DNA of 22,119 nt, taken from the NCBI GenBank assembly GCA_038279365.1, contig JAYODI010000092.1, forward strand, positions 1 to 22,119, written 5' to 3'. This document shows positions 16,932 through 22,119 of this stretch, piece by piece. Each line of letters starts with the position of its first letter. The stretch's first letter is position 1. The notes beneath the pieces are model-generated. The model was not told the DNA's origin. It did not search any database and worked only from the letters and a program-made list of their open reading frames with translations. Made by a program: the position numbers and the translations under genes. The stretch comes from Candidatus Latescibacterota bacterium (GTDB lineage Bacteria > Latescibacterota > UBA2968).

Positions 16932-18251
16932 ATGAGAGATTTACAACATACGGTAAAAGAAATTTTGACGTTTATCCAAGATCGGTTGTATTTCAATCGG
17001 GCCGATTTGGAAGTCAAGGGCGAAGCGCATAATGCGGCTTTGTTGTTGAGTACTTTAACGGGGTTGGTGGGGGGCAAAGCCCTCATTGTGGGTGAGCCAG
17101 GTTTGGGCAAAACCACAACGGCAGAATACGTGGGTGCATTGTTGTATCGTTTGCCTTTGGGCATGATTTGGGAGGCGGAGGTGAGTGGGCACCCCGAGCA
17201 AACAGAAGAGAAGATTGTGGGGCGGCCCAATTTGGGAGCTTTAAATCGAGGCGAAGAAGATGTGGTGTGGTCGGCGTTTGCGCGTTTGCCCGTGAAGGTG
17301 GTGGATGAAATCAATCGTTTGCCAGAGACCAAGCAGAGTTTGATTTTAAATGGTGTTGATCGGGGCAACTGGAGTTATTTAAACCAGATGCAGATCAATG
17401 ATGAATTTTGTTTGTTTGCAACTGCCAATTATCAAGACCGGGGTACAAATACCATTGTGGTGCCTCTCTTAGATCGGTTTGATGTGATGGTTGAATCAAA
17501 GCACCCGGGGCCCAATTTGTCATGGTTGATTGGCACCGAAGCCTCTCCGGGTAATTTGTTGCGCGATCAGTCTTGTGAAAAGGCCATTCAAACACATTTT
17601 TTACAAGCTGACAATTGGGATGTGATTGAGGCCGAGTGTGCCACATATGGGCAAGGTGTGACCGAACGATTGGGGGTGCCCACACTGGGGCGCGAAGATC
17701 GGTTAACCATTCGGAAAGAGATGGATGCCTTGCCCTTTGATGTGGATGCCAGTGCATTTATGAGAACCTTTTTGGCAGAGTTGTCTTTTTGTTGCAAATA
17801 TGGCCAAAAGCGCACGCACGAAATTTGTGGAGATGGATGTCATTACACGGGCTATTTGTGTTATGAGGTGGCCACCTGTGTGTCGAATCGGTTGCCTATT
17901 TCTGTGAGGCGATATGCCCAAGCGTTGGCTTGGTTGTTGGGTGATTCTGTGGTGGATATGGCACACGTGCGAACCATTTTGCCCTATGTGTGTGCCCATC
18001 GCATACAATGGCGCGACGAAGAAACATCCAATGAGCGACGAGCAGATGCCTTGCCGATTTTTAGAGCACGTGAAGCCGTGCGGCGTGTATTGCGGCGGTA
18101 TACTGAGCAAGGGGATCGCATTCAGTCGGCTTTGGTGGCGGCCAATCGTATTATGAAGGGCGAAAATGTACAACCCGTTGAAGGGGAACACCCCATCTAT
18201 ATCGAAATTATGCGCGATTTGGGCAAAGAGCCAAATCACCCCGTGTTCTAA
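16932..18251 (+). CDS. MoxR-like AAA+ ATPase
   Basis: Walker A GEPGLGKT, Walker B VVDEINR, sensor I FATAN, Arg finger LLDRF, sensor-II-like SNR, and V..ILPYV.AHRI. Confidence 0.9.
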   Translation: MRDLQHTVKEILTFIQDRLYFNRADLEVKGEAHNAALLLSTLTGLVGGKALIVGEPGLGKTTTAEYVGALLYRLPLGMIWEAEVSGHPEQTEEKIVGRPNLGALNRGEEDVVWSAFARLPVKVVDEINRLPETKQSLILNGVDRGNWSYLNQMQINDEFCLFATANYQDRGTNTIVVPLLDRFDVMVESKHPGPNLSWLIGTEASPGNLLRDQSCEKAIQTHFLQADNWDVIEAECATYGQGVTERLGVPTLGREDRLTIRKEMDALPFDVDASAFMRTFLAELSFCCKYGQKRTHEICGDGCHYTGYLCYEVATCVSNRLPISVRRYAQALAWLLGDSVVDMAHVRTILPYVCAHRIQWRDEETSNERRADALPIFRAREAVRRVLRRYTEQGDRIQSALVAANRIMKGENVQPVEGEHPIYIEIMRDLGKEPNHPVF

Positions 18252-18252
18252 G

Positions 18253-18261
18253 TGGTATGAT
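18253..18261 (+). promoter_or_regulatory. Possible extended -10 internal promoter
   Basis: TG-G-TATGAT directly after the ATPase stop codon. Confidence 0.3.
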
Positions 18262-18366
18262 AATATCTATTCATGATGTGGTTTGAGAGACCGATTGTTG
18301 ACTGCTGATTTTATGAACATTTGAGTCCGTGCGTTTAAATGGCGGTATCTGTTTTGAGGTGGTTTT

Positions 18367-19143
18367 TTGAAAAATCCATTTACAGAATTTGATGCGATCT
18401 CAGAATCTGCGCCCCCAGTGCCCCACGCAGTTGAACAAACAGTGATGCGTGGTATGTTGAGTACATCACAAAATCCTTTTATAACATTTGAACCTAAGGA
18501 AGATGTGTCTGTTTTGCCTATGGACGATATTTTGGCTTCTCACGCAACGGCCATGACGCAGCTGACAGATGCATATAAATTGCTCATTGAACGCTGTGTG
18601 GGCGATAGTGTTTGGCGTGAAGATCGCGAATCTATTGAACGCACGTATGCTGTGGCTTTACAGATTGCAAATGAAACGATGTGGCAGCCTGAAGATGTTT
18701 CTACATTTGGTGAATATGCCTTGCAAAAAGATGATCCCGATTTTTTTCTGATTGGGCCTTTGGGTTTGTTTTTGTCGGCTTTTTGCAATGCCTCCGATTT
18801 GACAGATATGACACTCAATTTGGGTGGGCAAGATTTGCGTGTGCCATTGGTCGGATACCGTTTGCGCGACGGGTTGGTGTTGACGGTTGTGGGCAACTTG
18901 GGTGATTTGGCGGGCATTTCTCTCGAAGGGGGACACTTGAAGGTAACTGGCTCAGTGGGGCGATATTTGGGGGCGGGTATGATGGCCGGAAAAATAGAGG
19001 TGTCGGGTGACGTGGGGCGTTTTGTGGGAGAGCAAATGACGGGCGGCGAGATTCAAGTGATGGGGCGATTGGGTGGTTTGGGCAAACCGCAAGGCGGTTT
19101 GGTGCGTCATCGCAAGCAAGTGGTTTTTGGCCGTGAAGGATAG
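18367..19143 (+). CDS. Hypothetical protein with C-terminal GXGXG (FwdC / glutamate synthase C-terminal-like) beta-helix repeats
   Basis: 19-residue repeats LTVVGNLGDLAGISLEGGH / LKVTGSVGRYLGAGMMAGK / IEVSGDVGRFVGEQMTGGE / IQVMG; TTG start with GAGGTGG RBS. Confidence 0.8.
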   Translation: MKNPFTEFDAISESAPPVPHAVEQTVMRGMLSTSQNPFITFEPKEDVSVLPMDDILASHATAMTQLTDAYKLLIERCVGDSVWREDRESIERTYAVALQIANETMWQPEDVSTFGEYALQKDDPDFFLIGPLGLFLSAFCNASDLTDMTLNLGGQDLRVPLVGYRLRDGLVLTVVGNLGDLAGISLEGGHLKVTGSVGRYLGAGMMAGKIEVSGDVGRFVGEQMTGGEIQVMGRLGGLGKPQGGLVRHRKQVVFGREG

Positions 19144-19194
19144 AGGTCATGTATCCGAGCCAATCGTAATTCTGGCAATTTTAGGATGTGATTT

Positions 19195-20724
19195 ATGAAC
19201 CTGCAGGCTGTGATCAGCAAAGTTTGGCCCGAGGTGCGCAAGCGCCATTTGTTTCCCGAATTGCCCACACCAAAAATTGCAGAATCGGGAGATGAGGCGG
19301 TTTCCATTCAGATGAAGGGCAAAACCATTTTGCTGGACCAAGAAGTTTTGGAAGCATTGGCCAAAGTTATGCCTGTAGAAGATGCCGCATCGGCCATGCT
19401 GGATCATGGGGTGTCTCACCATACGGTATGTCCTTGGGATTTTGAAACACATCTGAAATTGTACGCACAGTTGAAGCCTGTTTTGATGGATGGTGAGGTG
19501 GTTAAGCAGGTGGTTAATTATTTTATGGATGTGGTGGCCGACACCCATGCGGTGCGTGAGCGCGATTCAAAAATGGCAGATGTGTACAAACAGTTGCCTT
19601 CTGATCCTGTGTCGGACGTGGTAAGGGCTTTGTATCAGCGGCTCTGGGGTAAAGATCTGGGTGTGAAAGATGTTGTCGAATCAGATCGTTTGGCACGTAT
19701 TCCTTATTTGGACGCCGCACATTGGGGTGAGAGCATTCGTTCTTTTGCACAGGTAATGGGACCGCTGATTGCCAAAATGGGCGATGGCGAAGGCGGGCAG
19801 GGATCTGGTGGCATGATGGGGGATCATGGACTGGAACAGTATTCGGCGGGTGAAATAGAAGATGCTTTGGAGGCATTTTCTGAACAAGGTTTTTATGCCT
19901 TTCGGGCAATGGTGGATGATTTTAAAGATGAGTTGGAAAAAAAGGGTATGATGCCCCATATGGGACGAGGCAAGGGAACGCCTTCAGATGCAGATATGTT
20001 GTACTATATGAAGCGCGCGGCTGCGGTGCGGTTGCCTGTGCATACAATGCCTTTGGAAAAGGTGGGTGGTGAACAGCCTTTTTCTCACATCCCTTGGGAA
20101 ATTGGTAAGCCCGTTCAAGAAATTGATGTGTGGACAAGTTTTGGAAAAGTCTTGCCGGGTGTGTCTCAAATGTGGAAGTGGAAAGCTGGGGAGACTCACG
20201 GTGATGATGATGGGATTCCCGATTGTTTGATTGTGATCGATTCTTCGGGAAGTATGACCGACCCAAACAAAGAGCTGTCTCACGCAGTGCTGGGGGCGGG
20301 ATGCGCTGCCGATGCTTATTTGCGCAAAGGCCGTCGGGTTGCGGTTTATAATTTTAGCGATGCGCAATCAGGTGGCAAAGAAATATTGGATTTTTGTAGA
20401 GATCGAGACAAGGTTTTTTGGGTACTGTGCCGATATTTTGGGGGGGGGACGTCTTTGGATGTGCCTGATTTGGCCTCTTTGCTTAAAGAAAAAGTGGATG
20501 TGTTTTTGATTACGGATATGCAAATTACCAATTTGGATGCGCTGACGCAGTTTTTGGCACAGTCTCATAATCGGGTGACAGCGGTGCATATTGGTCGCAA
20601 TGAAGAAGTGGAACTGTTTCGTGCACATGTACAAAATTTGGAACATATTTGTGTTTATGCCGTTGAAAAAACCGAAGATATTCCAGATATTGTCATCGGC
20701 GAGGTTCGGGCCCGGTTTCGATAA
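19195..20724 (+). CDS. VWA-domain protein with N-terminal zincin-like (degenerate HExxH) domain
   Basis: MIDAS DSSGS (residues 349-353), GGGT and LITD; N-terminal DHGVSHH..CPWD...NYFMD; Gly-rich linker GEGGQGSGG. Confidence 0.85.
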   Translation: MNLQAVISKVWPEVRKRHLFPELPTPKIAESGDEAVSIQMKGKTILLDQEVLEALAKVMPVEDAASAMLDHGVSHHTVCPWDFETHLKLYAQLKPVLMDGEVVKQVVNYFMDVVADTHAVRERDSKMADVYKQLPSDPVSDVVRALYQRLWGKDLGVKDVVESDRLARIPYLDAAHWGESIRSFAQVMGPLIAKMGDGEGGQGSGGMMGDHGLEQYSAGEIEDALEAFSEQGFYAFRAMVDDFKDELEKKGMMPHMGRGKGTPSDADMLYYMKRAAAVRLPVHTMPLEKVGGEQPFSHIPWEIGKPVQEIDVWTSFGKVLPGVSQMWKWKAGETHGDDDGIPDCLIVIDSSGSMTDPNKELSHAVLGAGCAADAYLRKGRRVAVYNFSDAQSGGKEILDFCRDRDKVFWVLCRYFGGGTSLDVPDLASLLKEKVDVFLITDMQITNLDALTQFLAQSHNRVTAVHIGRNEEVELFRAHVQNLEHICVYAVEKTEDIPDIVIGEVRARFR

Positions 20725-20727
20725 GGC

Positions 20728-20813
20728 GGTCACAAGTCACAGGTCTTATCGTTCTAAGTTGCAGGTAAGAATCGAGGATTTTTGTTTTTGACCTATGCCC
20801 TGCGACCTGAAAC
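20728..20813. repeat. Inward-facing degenerate heptamer arrays
   Basis: GGTCACA AGTCACA GGTCTTA...AGTTGCA GG on +, and TGACCTA TGCCCTG CGACCTG AAAC in the reverse-complement sense at 20789-20813. Confidence 0.5.
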
Positions 20814-20932
20814 ACCTTTAGACTGTCTTTGATAGGCATTTATTTGTATATTACGCCCGTTCTCGTCCGCTGGGAACCCGTTGGGAAAGCCCTTTCGGGC
20901 GGACAATGATCATAATATGATGAGGAGCGAGT

Positions 20933-21631
20933 ATGAAGCGTTGGTTGATTGTTTGTGTTGCAGCAGGGGTGTTTGGTTGCCAGGGTGAAAAAGCCCCTCA
21001 GCCTGTTGATGTTGATTTAGAAAATAAGCAACATAAAGAAAGTTATGCTTTGGGTCTGAATCTTTCAGAACAGCTGAAACAACAAGCTTTTGATGTGGAT
21101 ATAGATGTTTTTATTCAAGGTTTTAAAGATGGGTATACCAATGATGCAACATTGATGACGGGTGATGATGCCGTTAAAATTTTGATTGAAAAACAAGAAG
21201 CAGACCGTGCAACTGCGCAGGCCGAACAAAACAAACAATCTGAAGAAAATAAAAAAGCAGGTGAAGCCTTTTTGGCCGAAAATAAGACCAAGGAAGGTGT
21301 AATATCTACAGAAAGTGGTTTGCAGTACAAAGTGATTACAACAGGAAATGGGCCCAAACCCAAAAAAACAGATACCATTACGTTTCACTACAAAGGTACT
21401 TTAATTGATGGTACAGTCTTTGACAGTTCTTATGATCGGGGAGAACCGCTTACTTTACCATTGGCACAGTTGATTCCTGGATGGGTTGAAGCTGTTCAGT
21501 TAATGCCTGTTGGTTCTAAGTGGGAACTTTATATTCCATCCTATTTGGGATATGGTGCACGTCCTGCAGGTCAAATAGGCCCCAATTCTACTTTGATTTT
21601 TGAATTGGAATTGGTTGATATTCAAAAGTAG
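20933..21631 (+). CDS. FKBP-type peptidyl-prolyl cis-trans isomerase, FkpA/Mip-like lipoprotein
   Basis: Lipobox VFGC, FKBP_N (SYALG...FIQG), SGLQYKV, HYKGTLIDGTVFDSSYDRG, IPGW.EA, YIPS.LGYG and PNSTLIFELEL; RBS GAGGAG. Confidence 0.95.
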   Translation: MKRWLIVCVAAGVFGCQGEKAPQPVDVDLENKQHKESYALGLNLSEQLKQQAFDVDIDVFIQGFKDGYTNDATLMTGDDAVKILIEKQEADRATAQAEQNKQSEENKKAGEAFLAENKTKEGVISTESGLQYKVITTGNGPKPKKTDTITFHYKGTLIDGTVFDSSYDRGEPLTLPLAQLIPGWVEAVQLMPVGSKWELYIPSYLGYGARPAGQIGPNSTLIFELELVDIQK

Positions 21632-21654
21632 AAAATTTGATGACGCAATTATTC

Positions 21655-21686
21655 AACCCCTGTCTTCGTATGAAGATAGGGGTTTA
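21655..21686 (+). terminator. Stem-loop / weak terminator between the PPIase gene and yhbY
   Basis: AACCCCTGTCTTC-GTAT-GAAGATAGGGGTT 13-bp stem (one G-U pair) with only a short T tail. Confidence 0.55.
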
Positions 21687-21702
21687 TCTATGAGGAGGGG
21701 AT

Positions 21703-21999
21703 ATGAAGAAGCTTAAGGGTGCAGATCGAAAATATCTGCGCAGTTTGGCTCATGAATTAAAACCGTTGGTGCAAGTGGGGAAAAGTGGTGTGACAGATGG
21801 ACTGCTTGCCTCTGTGAATGAAGTGTTGGATCAACACGAGTTGATTAAGGTACGATTTTTGGAAAAAGAAGAGAAAAAATCTTTGGCCGAAGAAGTGGCT
21901 TTGCGTGCGCCTTGTGAACAAGTGGGCATGATTGGCCATATTGCCATTTATTATCGCGAGCAAGAAGATCCAGAAAAGCGTAAGATTCAATTGCCATAG
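21703..21999 (+). CDS. yhbY: CRM-domain RNA-binding protein YhbY
   Basis: RKYLRSLAHELKPLVQVGKSG, HELIKV and IGHIAIYYR; RBS GAGGAGG. Confidence 0.95.
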   Translation: MKKLKGADRKYLRSLAHELKPLVQVGKSGVTDGLLASVNEVLDQHELIKVRFLEKEEKKSLAEEVALRAPCEQVGMIGHIAIYYREQEDPEKRKIQLP

Positions 22000-22119
22000 A
22001 CGAATAGACGAATAGACGCACAGCCGCAGGCTACAACGAGCGTAGCGAGTAATAGACGAAAAGGCGAATAGACGCACAGCCGCAGGCTACAACGAGCGTA
22101 GCGAGTAATAGACGAAAAG
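21996..22119 (+). repeat. Composite repeat: ACGAATAG-type octamers with two identical 32-nt cores (56-nt period), truncated by the window end
   Basis: Cores CACAGCCGCAGGCTACAACGAGCGTAGCGAGT at 22019-22050 and 22075-22106; the yhbY TAG stop is part of the first octamer. Confidence 0.95.

Noticed and set aside
18367-19143. Formylmethanofuran dehydrogenase subunit C (fwdC) or a glutamate synthase fragment
   Set aside because: Only about four GXGXG turns follow an unrelated helical N-domain, and no fwdA/B/D, ftr or glt genes are nearby.
20933-21631. Lower GC of the PPIase gene as a sign of horizontal transfer
   Set aside because: A/T-ending codon bias is equally explained by high expression of a housekeeping chaperone; there are no mobility signals.
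22019-22106. CRISPR array (identical 32-nt repeats)
   Set aside because: The 24-nt intervening sequence is just octamer repeat rather than a unique spacer, the flanks repeat identically, and there are no cas genes.
11-22119. Whole window as a transposon with terminal inverted repeats
   Set aside because: No transposase or integrase, and the cargo includes housekeeping genes (purD, yhbY, PPIase). Assembly breaks at a dispersed repeat are more parsimonious.

Overview
A 22.1 kb bacterial chromosomal segment of moderate GC, probably a whole contig, since both ends run into the same repeat. The gene content suggests a heterotroph such as Ca. Latescibacterota or a similar lineage; this is inference only. 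The left half holds a PhyH dioxygenase followed by a long minus-strand run. In transcription order that run is pyrH, a GHMP kinase, purD, a Gfo/Idh/MocA oxidoreductase, two PepSY-TM proteins, a GH5-like protein, a membrane protein, a lyase-like hypothetical, an MFS transporter and DUF1232. The right half (+) holds a large OPT-like membrane protein, three tandem uronate-dehydrogenase-like SDRs, a three-gene MoxR-AAA+ / GXGXG beta-helix / zincin-like-VWA module, an FKBP PPIase lipoprotein and yhbY. Two things stand out. (1) The MoxR-GXGXG-VWA module has a Cys-rich ATPase insert, a duplicated NPFxxF(D/E) tag and a degenerate HGxxH site. (2) A composite repeat occurs in inverted orientation at both window ends: an identical 32-nt core with two GNA-triloop hairpins, embedded in phase in octamer arrays. 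No rRNA, tRNA, CRISPR array or transposase was seen.
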